64,000 nucleotides of DNA, taken from assembly GCA_045047115.1 (NCBI GenBank), contig JASFYR010000019.1:42461-106460 (forward strand), in the 5' to 3' direction. The stretch's first letter is position 1, and every line of letters starts with the position of its first letter. The position numbers were made by a program, and so were the translations under genes. The DNA is from Sulfurospirillum sp. (GTDB taxonomy: Bacteria; Campylobacterota; Campylobacteria; Campylobacterales; Sulfurospirillaceae). The notes under the pieces were generated by a model. That model searched no databases, was not told the DNA's origin, and saw only the letters and a list, made by a program, of their open reading frames with translations. This document shows, one piece after another, positions 38,420-51,169 of this stretch.

Positions 38420-40575
38420 ACTTAAATATTTCCGGTATGACTTGTGTAAACTGCTCAAATGGCATACAAAAAGTTGTAAATAAACTAGATGGGCTTGAGA
38501 GTTCAAAGGTGAACTTTGCCTCAAACAGTGGTGAATTTATGATTGACTCCGATAAGCTCGATAAAGATAAACTGATAAAAAAAATCAAATCCCTTGGCTA
38601 TGGAGTGGAGGAAGATATAAAAGCACTCGAACTTGCAAAGAAAAAAGCATACACTAAACTAAGAAGACTTTTTATAGTCTCTTTGGTTTTGAGTATCTCT
38701 ATATTTTTCTTTATGTTTTTTCCTGTGCCGAATATAAATCTTTATATTATATTTACACTAGGCAGCATAGTTCAGTTTTACCCAGGAGGTAGATTTTATT
38801 CGCTTGCATTTAAAGCAGTTAGACATAAAAATTTTGATATGAATGTTTTGGTAGCACTAGGAACAAGTGCAGCATATTTTTACTCTGCCTTTGTTGTGCT
38901 CTTCCCTTCCCTCTTCCCTCCTCATTTGAGATTTGTATATTTTGATGGTGCAAGTGTCATAATCACATTTATCATTTTAGGGCGTCTTTTGGAAGAGAGA
39001 AGCAAGGCAAAAGCTACCGATTTTCTAAAAAACCTGATGAACCTAGCTCCTCTAAATGCTCAAAAGATAGAGCCAAACGGTGAGATAGTCCAGATTTTGG
39101 CAAAAGAGCTGGATATAGGAGATATTGTTTTAGTAAAACAAGGAGAAAAAATTTCAGCAGATGGGGTTGTCATAGAGGGTGGAGCTGAAATTGATACATC
39201 AATGATAACAGGTGAATCCCTGCCTGTGTATAAAACCGTGGATGACGAAGTGATAGCGGGCACTATAAATATGGCAGGTTTGTTAAAGGCAAAAGTCACA
39301 AAATTAGCAAATGACACCACGCTTTCAAAAATCATAGCTCTGCTAAATGAAGCACAGAGTAAAAGCATGCCAATAGCCAGATTTGCTGATAAGGTGGCAA
39401 ATATCTTTGTGCCTATCGTTATAGCGATATCTGTTTTGACATTTTTTGTTTGGTACTTTTTTGTCGGTGATGCTCTTGGTGCAATACTCGCTTCCATATC
39501 TGTTTTGATTATATCTTGTCCGTGTGCACTTGGACTTGCGACCCCTATCGCTATAGTGAGTGCTGTAGGAAAAGGTGCAAAAGAGGGAATTTTGATAAAA
39601 AACCCTGAAGTTTTGGAAATCATAAAAAATATAAAGTATGCGGTATTTGACAAAACAGGTACGATAACCAAAGGTGAAATAAGTGTAAAAGATATCTTTA
39701 TAGATGAAAAATATTTGGATATCTTAGGTTCTGTTGAGAGTTATAGTGAGCACCCTATATCTAAAGCTGTCACAAAATATATAAAAGACAAAAGCTTTAC
39801 ATGTAGAGCAAAAGTTGAAGATATAGAGGTCCTGCCGGGACTTGGGATAAGTGCAACAAGTGAAACTAAAAAAGTCCTTATCGGCAATGTAACTCTACTA
39901 GAAAATGCAAAAGTTGATATATCAAAAAAATATATGGAGTTTTTTCAAAAGACTATAAGTGCAGGAAATGGAGCAGTATTTGCTAGTATAGACGGTAAAT
40001 GTGTCGGGGTGATAGCCTTAGAAGACAGTATAAAAGACGGAGCTGTTGATTTAGTGAAGAAACTCAAAGACAAAGGCATAGTGCCGATTCTTTTGACAGG
40101 CGATAATGAAACAACAGCCAAAAAGATAGCTTCTGTAGTTGGCATAGAGTTGGTTTATGCAGAAGTTTTACCTGATGAAAAATATAAAGTTATAAAAGAT
40201 TTACAAAAAGATGCAAAAGTATTGTTTGTAGGTGATGGTATAAATGACTCTGTCTCTATAAAGCAAGCCGACATTGGTATTGCTCTAAATTCAGGCTCCG
40301 ACATCACTAAAGATGCAGGAGATATCATTTTGATGAACAATGAAATTATATCTGTTCTTAAGAGTATCAACCTTTCGCAAAGAGCGATGAAAACCATAAA
40401 GCAAAATCTGTTTTGGGCATTTTTTTACAATTCCATAGGCATTCCGATAGCAGCAGGAGCACTGTATCCCCTCTTTGGAATTATGTTAACCCCTGTTTAT
40501 GCAGGAATTGCTATGAGCTTTAGCTCTGTCAGTGTTGTGCTTAACTCGCTGAGGCTCAAGTTTTCTAAATTGTAA
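38401..40575 (+). CDS. copA: Cu(I)-translocating P1B-type ATPase
   Basis: GMTCVNC, TGES, CPCALGLATP, DKTGT, SEHP, GDGIND, YN and M..SS. Confidence 0.92.
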   Translation: MSKEKINLNISGMTCVNCSNGIQKVVNKLDGLESSKVNFASNSGEFMIDSDKLDKDKLIKKIKSLGYGVEEDIKALELAKKKAYTKLRRLFIVSLVLSISIFFFMFFPVPNINLYIIFTLGSIVQFYPGGRFYSLAFKAVRHKNFDMNVLVALGTSAAYFYSAFVVLFPSLFPPHLRFVYFDGASVIITFIILGRLLEERSKAKATDFLKNLMNLAPLNAQKIEPNGEIVQILAKELDIGDIVLVKQGEKISADGVVIEGGAEIDTSMITGESLPVYKTVDDEVIAGTINMAGLLKAKVTKLANDTTLSKIIALLNEAQSKSMPIARFADKVANIFVPIVIAISVLTFFVWYFFVGDALGAILASISVLIISCPCALGLATPIAIVSAVGKGAKEGILIKNPEVLEIIKNIKYAVFDKTGTITKGEISVKDIFIDEKYLDILGSVESYSEHPISKAVTKYIKDKSFTCRAKVEDIEVLPGLGISATSETKKVLIGNVTLLENAKVDISKKYMEFFQKTISAGNGAVFASIDGKCVGVIALEDSIKDGAVDLVKKLKDKGIVPILLTGDNETTAKKIASVVGIELVYAEVLPDEKYKVIKDLQKDAKVLFVGDGINDSVSIKQADIGIALNSGSDITKDAGDIILMNNEIISVLKSINLSQRAMKTIKQNLFWAFFYNSIGIPIAAGALYPLFGIMLTPVYAGIAMSFSSVSVVLNSLRLKFSKL

Positions 40576-40604
40576 ATTTTAATTTTATACAAAAAGGAGT
40601 ATAA

Positions 40605-40644
40605 TAGACTTGTTGCAATATAGGAATATATCGCAACAAGTCTA
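40605..40644. repeat. 40-bp palindromic element, copy 2
   Basis: TAGACTTGTTGCAATATAGGAATATATCGCAACAAGTCTA. Confidence 0.8.
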
Positions 40645-40684
40645 ATACAATTAGTTACTTAATATGGATTGATGAGGATTTTTT

Positions 40685-43600
40685 ATGGATAATTCTATAT
40701 TTGTCGGCATTGGTGCTAGTGCCGGCGGACTTAAGGCTTTGGAGAAGTTGGTCGAAAAACTTCCGATTGCTCTAAACAATGTATATATTATAGCACTTCA
40801 TCTTGACCCCAGCAAAAAAAGCTCTTTAGCCCAAATATTAGCAAGATGTTCAACTCTTCCTGTTGTGCAAATAGATTCACAAACAATCTTTTTGCCTAAT
40901 CACATCTACATCATACCTCCTGGCAGCAATCTTGTCTTTAGAAATAATCATTTGGTGCTAGAGGCTATATCGGGTGAGGATTTTGTATCAAGCCCAAATG
41001 TGGATATCTTATTTGAATCTTTGGCACGGTATAAAAAATCGAAATCTATGGGTATCGTACTCACAGGTTCCGGAAAAGACGGCTCAACTGGAATCAAGAG
41101 TATAAAAGACAGCGGTGGTTATACTATAGCTCAAGATCCCAAAGAGGCATACCACTCAAATATGCCACAAAATGCAATAGATACAGGCTGTATCTATAAA
41201 GTATTAAGCATAGAGCAAATCGCAAAATACCTCTCATCATCTCTTTTTATAAACAAAAGACTGCTAAATGAAAAGATTACTCCAAAGATATTAAGAACAA
41301 TAAAAAAAATTCTAAAAGATCAAGAAGGCTTAAATATAGCCAAATACAAAGATGATACGATTATGCGACGCATAAACAAAAGGATACTTCTTGTTGGAAA
41401 TAAAACACAAGAAGAGTATGCGGAGTATATAAAAAACAATCCACAAGAAGCACATTTGCTATATCAGGATATTCTGATTGGAGTAACTGCTTTTTTTAGA
41501 GATAAATCATCCTTCAAGGCACTGGAAAAAGAGCTTGGCTCTTATCTGAAAGATAAACCTCAAGATTATGAATTAAGAGTCTGGTCAATCGCATGCTCAA
41601 GCGGGGAGGAGGCATACTCTATAGCGATATTGATAGCACAAATAAGTAAGAAGATGAAGAAAAATTTTAATGTTCATATTTTTGCTACAGATATAGATGA
41701 TGAAGCACTGGATATTGCGAGAAGTGCTCATTATAGTAAAAATGCACTTGAGGGCATGGATGAAGAGTTGATTTATCAGTATTTTATCGAGACTCAAAAC
41801 GGCTATAGAGTGGTGCAGTCAATAAGGGAGCAGATTGTCTTTACTCATCACAATCTTTTGAGTGAGCCACCATTTATAAAACAGGATATCATAAGTTGCA
41901 GAAATCTTTTGATATATATAAAACCAGAAACCCAACAGGAAACTTTTACTCTTTTTCACTATGCCCTAAAAGACCACGGCATACTTTTTCTTGGTTCATC
42001 GGAATCTACACTATTGAGTGTAAGATACTTTTTAGCCCTTGATTTGGAGCATAAGATATATAAAAAAGAGAAGATGAAAAATCCCCCAAAGCTCTCTAGT
42101 CACTATTTTTCCAAACATCTTGAACAGGGTTATAAAAGCAAACCTGCTGTAATCGATAAAATCCAAACAGTTGATATCGAAGAGCAGATATCTAAAAAAA
42201 TCTTTAATTTTTTTTGCACCGGAGTGTCTATTGATCGATAAGGATTATTCCGTAGTTTATAAAAAAGGAAAATTGCCGTTTTTGAACTATAAAGATGGAT
42301 TTGTTACTCTAAATATCCTGGAAAATATAAATGAAGAACTACGCTACGATGTAACTATTTTAATCTCAAAGGCTTTTGATTCCGGCAAGGTTTGTAGGAC
42401 AAAGTTTATCGAGTTTAGTTCAAGCAGTAGCGATACCGAATTTTTGCGTATAATTGCATACCCTTTTAAAGAGATGAGTAGCGATATGCTTCTTTTGTAT
42501 TTCCAAAAGATAAGCGCAAAAGAGTTGGAGTTCAATACCCAAAATTCAGTGCTTGCAAAAGAATCTTTGGTCGTCACAAGTCTGGTTAAGCAGCTTCAAG
42601 AGATAAAAAAAGAGAATCGATTGTTGATAGATAGAATCAATGCAGACAAAGAAAACATGCAACTGCTCAATGAAGAACTCCAAAGCTCAAACGAAGAACT
42701 CCAAAGCTCAAACGAGGAGCTAGAGACTTCAAACGAAGAGTTACAAAGCTCAAACGAAGAGTTACAAGCTTCTATACTCAGTACAAAAACACTAAAACGC
42801 CAACTTTCTCTTATATTAAACTCTACACTCAATGGCATGATTGGCTTGGATTTGGATGGCAGTGTTACTTTTGTGAATGATTCTGCTATAAATATGCTTG
42901 GTTTTTCAAGAGATGAATTGATAGGCAAAGATGGACATCAGCTCTGGCACCATACAAAGTTTGACGGAAGTGTCTATCCGAAAGAGGAGTGTTCACAACA
43001 CTATGCCTTAAAAAAAGGCACTTCCAGAAGAAGCGAGGATCTGTTTTGGAAAAAAGATGGTGCATCATTTGAAGTTGAAGTTTTACAAAATCCTATAGTA
43101 GAAGATGAAGAGATAAAAGGCAGTGTGTTGTCTTTTTATGACATAACCCAAAAGAAGAGATTGGAAAAACTACTGCAACAAGAACATCAGCTTGCAGAGC
43201 TTTTTATGAGTGCTTGAGGGTACATTGGTGATGACTTTGGACTTAAATGCCAATGTAACCATGATAAATGAACAAGGTTGTAAACTTTTGAAGCTTGATT
43301 ATGATGAGGTCATCGGCAAAAATTTTATCGACAACTTTGTGCCGGGAGAGATTCGCCACGAGATAAAAAATGTCTTCAATGCTGTTATAAACAAAAGAGT
43401 CGAAATGGCATCACGCTACAATAATGAAATCATAGATGCCGAGGGTCAAAGGCATTTGATGACTTGGACAAATAATTATACTAAAGATATAAATGGAAAT
43501 ATAACAGGTATAGTTTCATCAGGATTTGATATAACAAATGAGCAAAAATTACAAAAAAAATTAGCTCAAGAGGAGAATTTGTACAGATTGACTTTTGAAG

Positions 43601-45032
43601 AGGCCGATGTGGGAATTGTACATGCTTCACTTGAGGGAAAGTGGATAGATACAAATACCTACCTTACAAATCTCCTGGGATACACAAAAGAGGAGTTTGG
43701 GAAGCTTAGCGTATCTGATATAACTCATCCTGACGATAAAGAAAATGACGATAAAATGATAAGAGACCTAAAAAGTGGCAAAATAAATAATTATCATATA
43801 GAAAAACGCTATATCCACAAAAACGGAAGTGTTATATGGGCAAATATAGCTGTAGTTCTTTTGAAAAATGAGTATGGTAAGGCTCTGTATTTTCTAAAAA
43901 TTATCAGAGATATTACCGAGCTTAAACTTTTGATGTATCAACTTGAAAGTGAAGAAGCCAAACTTAAAAATATCATAGAATTTATACCGATCCCTATCAT
44001 GATTTATGATGAGGATGGTAAAATTTTGATAGTAAACAAAGTTTTTAAAGAGAGCATAGGTTATATAAAAGATGAGATACTGGATATCGAATTTTTAGTT
44101 CAAAATATATATAAAAACGACGATAAAGAGTTCGCCAAAGAGTTTTATGATAGACCGTTTAAAACAAAAAAAATTGAAAAATGCAAGCAAGTGTTTTTCA
44201 ACAAAAAAGGTGAGAAAAAAGTAGGTATATTTAACTCTATAATGCTAAAAAACAGCTATGACAACAACAAAAAAATCGTAGTTAGTGCTATCATCGACAT
44301 TACCGAACTTCAAAATAAAGAAGAGGTTATGATTGCACAGTCCCGTCAGGCTACCATGGGTGATATGCTTGCTATGATAGCTCATCAGTGGAGACAACCG
44401 CTCTCTATCATATCCATGGTTTCAAATAATCTTCACGCAGATTTGGAGTTAGGGGAAAAGATCACCGTAAACATGCTGGGGAACTTATAAAGACGCTAGA
44501 TGAGCAGACTCAGTATCTCTCAAATACGATTGATGATTTTAGAGAATTTTTCAAGCCTGATAAAAGCAAAGAGAGCATTACTGTATCATCATTGTTTGCA
44601 AAAATAGTTACGCTGATACAAAAATCTCTCGAAAGCAATGATATAGCCCTGGAGCTTCCTAGGCAAAAAGATATAAAAATTGTTACATATCCAAATCAAC
44701 TCATTCAGGTTTTGATAAACATCATAAACAATGCAAAAGACGCTATTAAACAGAGCAATAAAAAAGACGGGTTGATACGAATCTCATTGCGCAGGGATAA
44801 AAAACATATAACCATAAGCATATGCAACAACGGCGATGAAATAGAACCCTCTATAAAAGAGAGATTGGGTCAACCATATGTAAGTACAAAATCAAAAAAC
44901 GGTACAGGACTGGGAGTCTATATGTCCAAAGTGATAGTTACAAAGCATTTGGGCGGAAATTTGTACTGGGAAAGTGATAAAAGTAAAACCTGTTTTTATA
45001 TAGAATTGCCAAACGCAGACAAAGAGTTTTAA
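40685..45032 (+). pseudogene. CheB-CheR-PAS-histidine kinase fusion split by three frameshifts
   Basis: CheB GASAGG/H/D, CheR CSSGEEAYS, NEELQSS repeats, PAS domains, AHQWRQPL, N-box, GTGLG; indels near 42208-15, 43214 and 44478-81. Confidence 0.8.
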
Positions 45033-46543
45033 TGTCTTTGTTGAAAACATTAAAAGAAAGCAGTATAGATATTAAAGTTTTGTATGTAGAAGATGACAAA
45101 GCTCTTCTTGAAAGTATTTTTAAGTATTTAAGTTTGATATTTTCATATGTACAAACGGCAGAAAATGGAAAAGAAGGTCTGGATAAATATGCCAAAGAGA
45201 GTTTTGATATAGTCATAACAGATATCAAAATGCCAAAAATGAATGGCTTGGAGATGATAGAAAAGATAAGAGAAATTAACAGTTCTCAGGAGATATTGAT
45301 AACAACTGCCTTTTCTGAAGCAAACTATCTCTCAAGAGCCATTGAGCTTGATGTGAGCGGATATATCATAAAGCCCATAAATTTTGAGAAGATAAATGCT
45401 ACCTTGCATAAGGTGGTTGCTAGAGTAAATATGTCCAAAGAAAACGAGAGATATAAAATGAAGCTTGAAGAGATGGTTGAGCAAAGAACGATGCAAAATC
45501 TTATGCTCCAAAGGGAGAAAATAGACAATTATGAGAAAACTCTTCTTTCTCTTGTTAAACTTGTTGAAAAAAGGGATACATATACCGGTGGTCACTCACA
45601 AAGAGTGGCTAACTACTCAAAATTGATAGCAAAACATATGGGTTTTTCACAAGAAGAGTGTAAGCTTATATATAAAGCCGGAATACTGCACGATATAGGC
45701 AAGATAGAGACACCGGATGCTGTACTTTTAAATCCGGGAAAATTGGATGATTTGCAATTGTCGATTATCAAGGAGCATGTTGTGACCGGTACAAGGCTGC
45801 TTGAAAATATTCCGATGTACAGCGGGCTTTCAAAAATAATTTCACAACATCATGAGAGATATGATGGAAAAGGCTATCCTTTGTGCCTTAAAAAAGATGA
45901 AATCTTGCCTTTGGCTCAAATCATGATTGTAACAGATGCCTTTGATGCCATGACTACAAACCGGATATATAAACCAAGAATCAAACTCAAAGATGCACTT
46001 ATTGAACTATCGAGATTTTCAGGAACACAGTTTCATCCCGAAGTAATTAAGTACGCAATTGAGGTTTTAAAAGATGTCAGATTGGATGAAAATATTTTTC
46101 AACTCCCCTCAAGCGATATGGAAGAGAAAAAATTTGCTTTCTTTTTCGAAGATCAGTTGACAAATGCCTATAACAAAACCTACCTTGAGTTGATTTTTGT
46201 CCAAAATAAAAATTCATATAAGAGACGATATATAAATGCCTTGCTTTTTCATAATTTTGGGAAGTATAACAGCAAGTTTGGCTGGAACAGAGGCAATATT
46301 TTTTTGAAGAATGTTGTTTCTATATTAAAGAAACATTATAATGACAGTTATATCTTTAGGCTTAATGGTGATGATTTTGTTGTGATGTCAAATGGCAAGA
46401 TACCCATAAATGTCTCTATGTTTGATGAGCTTTTGGATGAAACGGATAGAGTCTTGCATATAGAGAAAAAAACATCAACAACCAAAGAGATAAACTCGCT
46501 TGAAAAGTTAGAAAAATTTATGGACACCTCTAAAAACCCCTGA
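45032..46543 (+). CDS. Response regulator with HD-GYP and degenerate GGDEF-like domains
   Basis: YVEDD/TDIKMP/KP receiver; [27 protein letters not shown] and RLNGDDF. Confidence 0.88.
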   Translation: MSLLKTLKESSIDIKVLYVEDDKALLESIFKYLSLIFSYVQTAENGKEGLDKYAKESFDIVITDIKMPKMNGLEMIEKIREINSSQEILITTAFSEANYLSRAIELDVSGYIIKPINFEKINATLHKVVARVNMSKENERYKMKLEEMVEQRTMQNLMLQREKIDNYEKTLLSLVKLVEKRDTYTGGHSQRVANYSKLIAKHMGFSQEECKLIYKAGILHDIGKIETPDAVLLNPGKLDDLQLSIIKEHVVTGTRLLENIPMYSGLSKIISQHHERYDGKGYPLCLKKDEILPLAQIMIVTDAFDAMTTNRIYKPRIKLKDALIELSRFSGTQFHPEVIKYAIEVLKDVRLDENIFQLPSSDMEEKKFAFFFEDQLTNAYNKTYLELIFVQNKNSYKRRYINALLFHNFGKYNSKFGWNRGNIFLKNVVSILKKHYNDSYIFRLNGDDFVVMSNGKIPINVSMFDELLDETDRVLHIEKKTSTTKEINSLEKLEKFMDTSKNP

Positions 46544-46703
46544 ATCTCCATATATAAAAGTTACAAAATATAAATTTATGAGACCACTGCACAATGGAGT
46601 GTATCCACAGCTTTACCAGATATCGGCGGAAAAGGAGCAAAGTTTACCATTATATTATAAAATATATCATATAATATCTCTAATAAAAACACAAGGATAT
46701 GTT

Positions 46704-47969
46704 TTGTTGCATTATTTATCTATAAAAGGAAAGCAAAAGTTAAGGGGTTCAGTCTCTATATCCGGAGCTAAAAACTCAGCTTTGCCTCTCTTGGCTGCGA
46801 CTTTGCTCTCTAAAAACAAAATTACTCTATCAAATATTCCAAGCGTTGTCGATGTTAAAACTCTACTGAAATTATTAGAAAATTTAGGAGCCAAATCAAA
46901 ATTTAAAGATAGCTCTGTTACAATAGACACTACTACTGTTGAGTCGGCTTGTGCAAATTATGATATCGTGCGAAAGATGAGGGCTTCCATACTTACTCTC
47001 GGCCCTCTTTTAGCCAGGTTTGGTCACTGTGAAGTCTCGATGCCCGGAGGTTGTGCCATAGGACAAAGGCCTATAGATTTGCATCTAAAAGCACTGGAGC
47101 AGATGGGAGCTACGATAGAACTGAAGCAAGGATATGTAGTAGCAAAAGCACCGCAGGGATTAAAGGGTGCTACTATCATCTTTGATAAAGTGACTGTTAC
47201 AGGAAGTGAAAACATACTGATGGCTGCATCTCTGGCTCATGGTGTCACAAAACTTGTAAATGTTGCAAAAGAGCCTGAGGTCGTACAGCTTTGCGAAGTT
47301 TTAAGAGATGCCGGAGTCAAGATAGAGGGCATAGGAACATCAAAAATTACAATTGTAGGAAGCTACGGAGAGTTGCTGGATTTAAAAGATGTAAGAGTTA
47401 TACCCGATAGAATTGAAGCAGGCACCTATCTTTGTGCAGGGGCTATAACAAACTCAAAGATAACTATCACAGATGTGATTCCATCTCATCTTGAGTCAAT
47501 TGTGTTGAAACTTGAACAGATGGGTTTTGGTTTTGAAGAGAACGAAAACTCCATAACACTTCTGCCAGCACCTAAAATAGAAGCCAGTGATATTGAGACG
47601 AGTGAGTATCCCGGATTTCCTACAGATATGCAGGCTCAGTTTATGGCACTCTGTACGCAGGCAAGTGGTACTAGTATCATTGATGAGAGGCTTTTTGAGA
47701 ATAGATTTATGCATGTGAGTGAACTTACCCGTATGGGTGCAAACATAAAGCTCAAAGGCCACAGTGCCACTGTAGAGGGAGATATGAACCTGATAGCAGC
47801 CGATGTTATGGCTACTGATTTGCGTGCAAGTTCAGCTCTTATACTTGCTGCTCTGGTGGCAGAGGGGACAACTAAAGTGCATAGAATTTATCATTTGGAT
47901 AGAGGATATGAAAACCTGGAGGGCAAATTTTCTGCTCTTGGAGCAGATATACAAAGATTGGAAGAGTAA
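46704..47969 (+). CDS. murA: UDP-GlcNAc 1-carboxyvinyltransferase
   Basis: [34 protein letters not shown] start after AAGGA. Confidence 0.96.
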   Translation: MLHYLSIKGKQKLRGSVSISGAKNSALPLLAATLLSKNKITLSNIPSVVDVKTLLKLLENLGAKSKFKDSSVTIDTTTVESACANYDIVRKMRASILTLGPLLARFGHCEVSMPGGCAIGQRPIDLHLKALEQMGATIELKQGYVVAKAPQGLKGATIIFDKVTVTGSENILMAASLAHGVTKLVNVAKEPEVVQLCEVLRDAGVKIEGIGTSKITIVGSYGELLDLKDVRVIPDRIEAGTYLCAGAITNSKITITDVIPSHLESIVLKLEQMGFGFEENENSITLLPAPKIEASDIETSEYPGFPTDMQAQFMALCTQASGTSIIDERLFENRFMHVSELTRMGANIKLKGHSATVEGDMNLIAADVMATDLRASSALILAALVAEGTTKVHRIYHLDRGYENLEGKFSALGADIQRLEE

Positions 47970-49177
47970 TGCAAAAGTTAACATCAACACCACTAAATGA
48001 AGCTATAAAATTATCACAAAATTTAGCAGACACCAAACCGCTTACACAGTGGATAACTATATCATTAGCGCTTGGAAGAGTCTTGGCATCGAAAGTAGTA
48101 TGCCAGAAAAACCTGCCATCTTTTAATAACTCGGCACTGGATGGATATGCTATTAGACACAGTGAAGCAGGAAAGAAGCTTTTTATAAAAGATACTATTT
48201 TTGCGGGTCAAAGCAAAGATGGTGATTTGGATAATGGAGAGTGTTTTAAGATAATGACAGGGGCTAAAATCCCAAAATGTGCAGATACAATTGTTGCTTT
48301 TGAAGATGCAAAATTACTCACTGATGGTTTTGTGCAGATGCCTCAAATTACAAAAAAAGGAAATGCCTTTAGAACAAAGGGAGAAGAGTTGGCAGAGGGG
48401 GAGACTCTTTTTAGCAAAGGCACCACTATAGATTCTGCTGTGTTGGCGATGCTTGCATCTCAGGGAATTTCGCAAATTCAAGTCTATAAAAAAATCACAA
48501 TAGGAGTATTTTCAACAGGTGATGAGCTAAGAGAACCATGGGAGGAGGCAACTTGTGATGAGATTTACAATGTTAACTCTAGCTCCTTGATAGCACTTTT
48601 TGCTGAGCATGGTTTTGAGGCTGATTATTGCGGGGTCATACCTGACTCCCTTGAAGAGAGTAAGAGATATTTTGCCGGGATGAAAAAATACGATGTACTT
48701 GTGACAACAGGTGGCATCAGTATGGGTGAAGCTGATTTTGTGGAAGATGCACTTCTGTACAACGGATTAAAGCCCTTGTTTCATGGAATAAATATAAAAC
48801 CGGGTCGTCCCACAATGATTGGTAAGATGGATTCTACTATAGTAGCTTCCATGCCGGGAAATCCGCTGGCTGCGTATGTAAATGCTTTTTTAATTCTTGT
48901 GCCATTACTTAAAAAACTGCAAGGTTGCTTAGAGTTTGAACATAAAATTTTAAAGGCTAAAATGGCAAAAGAGTTAAAAGTCAAGCCAAACAGGACAAAT
49001 TTGGTGCTAGGCAGATATACCAATGGTGAATTTTTTATCACGGGTGAAAACAGATATGGCTCAGGTATGATTTTGCCCATGGTGCAGAGCAATGCACTCT
49101 TGGTGATATCCGAAGAGAAAAATTTTATAGACAGAGGCGAAGAGATAAATCTAATAGTTTTTAAAGGAACTTTTTGA
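47969..49177 (+). CDS. moeA: Molybdopterin molybdenumtransferase MoeA
   Basis: GRVLA, SALDGYA, IMTGA, STGDEL, TGG.S.G..D, KPGRP, PGNP. Confidence 0.93.
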   Translation: MQKLTSTPLNEAIKLSQNLADTKPLTQWITISLALGRVLASKVVCQKNLPSFNNSALDGYAIRHSEAGKKLFIKDTIFAGQSKDGDLDNGECFKIMTGAKIPKCADTIVAFEDAKLLTDGFVQMPQITKKGNAFRTKGEELAEGETLFSKGTTIDSAVLAMLASQGISQIQVYKKITIGVFSTGDELREPWEEATCDEIYNVNSSSLIALFAEHGFEADYCGVIPDSLEESKRYFAGMKKYDVLVTTGGISMGEADFVEDALLYNGLKPLFHGINIKPGRPTMIGKMDSTIVASMPGNPLAAYVNAFLILVPLLKKLQGCLEFEHKILKAKMAKELKVKPNRTNLVLGRYTNGEFFITGENRYGSGMILPMVQSNALLVISEEKNFIDRGEEINLIVFKGTF

Positions 49178-49203
49178 TACCATTTCAAACTTCTAACAAA
49201 AGC

Positions 49204-50172
<969 letters not shown>

Positions 50173-50174
50173 TT

Positions 50175-50696
50175 ATGAAATTGACCATAGCTATAAGCGG
50201 TGCAAGCGGAGTTAGACTAGGAGAGAGATTTATAGAAAAACTACCGTGCGAGATAGAAAAATATATTATTTTTTCGCAAAATGCTAAAACAGTTTTGCAA
50301 AAAGAGGAAAATAGATTTTTTCTGGAAAATTCCGATATCTCAGCACCCACCTCTTCAGGTTCATTTGGATGTGATGCGATGATAATAGTGCCTTGCAGTA
50401 TGAATACTCTAGCAAAGATTGCTTGTGGTATAAGCGACAATCTTATCACTAGAAGTGCCTCAGTGATGATAAAAGAGAGAAAAAAACTAATCATAGCTCC
50501 TAGGGAGATGCCTTTTTCTGCGATAGCTTTGGAAAACATGCTCAAACTCTCAAGATTGGGTGTTGTGATGGCGCCACCGGTGTTAGGATACTATGCTAAA
50601 ATAGAAAATTTAGAAGATATGGAAGATTTTTTGATTGGAAAATGGTTTGATTTGTTAGGAATCAGACATAATTTATTTGAAAGGTGGAGAGGATAA
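50175..50696 (+). CDS. ubiX: Flavin prenyltransferase UbiX
   Basis: AISGASG, SSGS, PCSMNTLAKIA.G, PRE.P. Confidence 0.93.
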   Translation: MKLTIAISGASGVRLGERFIEKLPCEIEKYIIFSQNAKTVLQKEENRFFLENSDISAPTSSGSFGCDAMIIVPCSMNTLAKIACGISDNLITRSASVMIKERKKLIIAPREMPFSAIALENMLKLSRLGVVMAPPVLGYYAKIENLEDMEDFLIGKWFDLLGIRHNLFERWRG

Positions 50697-51169
50697 TGTC
50701 GAAAAAAGTGGCGATATATCCCGGTACTTTTGACCCTATTACACTAGGACACCGCTCAGTGATAAAAAGAGCTAGAAAAATTTTTGACAAGGTGATAGTT
50801 GGAGTTGCGGATTCAGGCACCAAAAAGCCTATGTATGATCTTGAAACAAGAGTTTTAATGGCAAAAGTAAGTTTAAAAGAGATGAAAGGCGTAGAGGTCT
50901 CTCCTTTTTACTCGCTTTTGGTGAATTTTTGTCAAGATCAAAATGTAAACACAATTATCAGGGGTCTTAGAGCTGTCAGCGATTTTGAGTATGAGCTACA
51001 GATGGGTTATGCCAATGCTTCAATAGACAAAAATATAGACACGATTTATCTGATGCCAAGTCTCGAACATGCCTTTATAAGCTCTACGGTCGTAAGAGAT
51101 ATAGTAAGACACAAAGGCGATGCGAGTCATCTTGTGCCTCGTGAAATTTTAGAATTTTTGGATAGATAG
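50696..51169 (+). CDS. coaD: Phosphopantetheine adenylyltransferase
   Basis: YPGTFDPIT.GH, RGLRAVSDFEYE, ISS. Confidence 0.96.
   Translation: MSKKVAIYPGTFDPITLGHRSVIKRARKIFDKVIVGVADSGTKKPMYDLETRVLMAKVSLKEMKGVEVSPFYSLLVNFCQDQNVNTIIRGLRAVSDFEYELQMGYANASIDKNIDTIYLMPSLEHAFISSTVVRDIVRHKGDASHLVPREILEFLDR

Noticed and set aside
42669..42770. 21-nt tandem repeats encoding NEELQSS
   Set aside because: Well-known coiled-coil heptads of CheB/CheR fusion proteins; coding, not an array.
43215..43217. TGA as selenocysteine or readthrough in the kinase gene
   Set aside because: The downstream domain continues in a different frame, so it is an indel.
46578..46703. N-terminal extension of MurA (similarly 28462-28647 for the YbdK-family gene)
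   Set aside because: Similarity and RBS begin at downstream starts.
49164..49180. GGAACTTTTTGAT as a sigma-54 promoter for flgA
   Set aside because: No GC at the required GG-N10-GC spacing; TGaTACCAT fits an extended -10 better.
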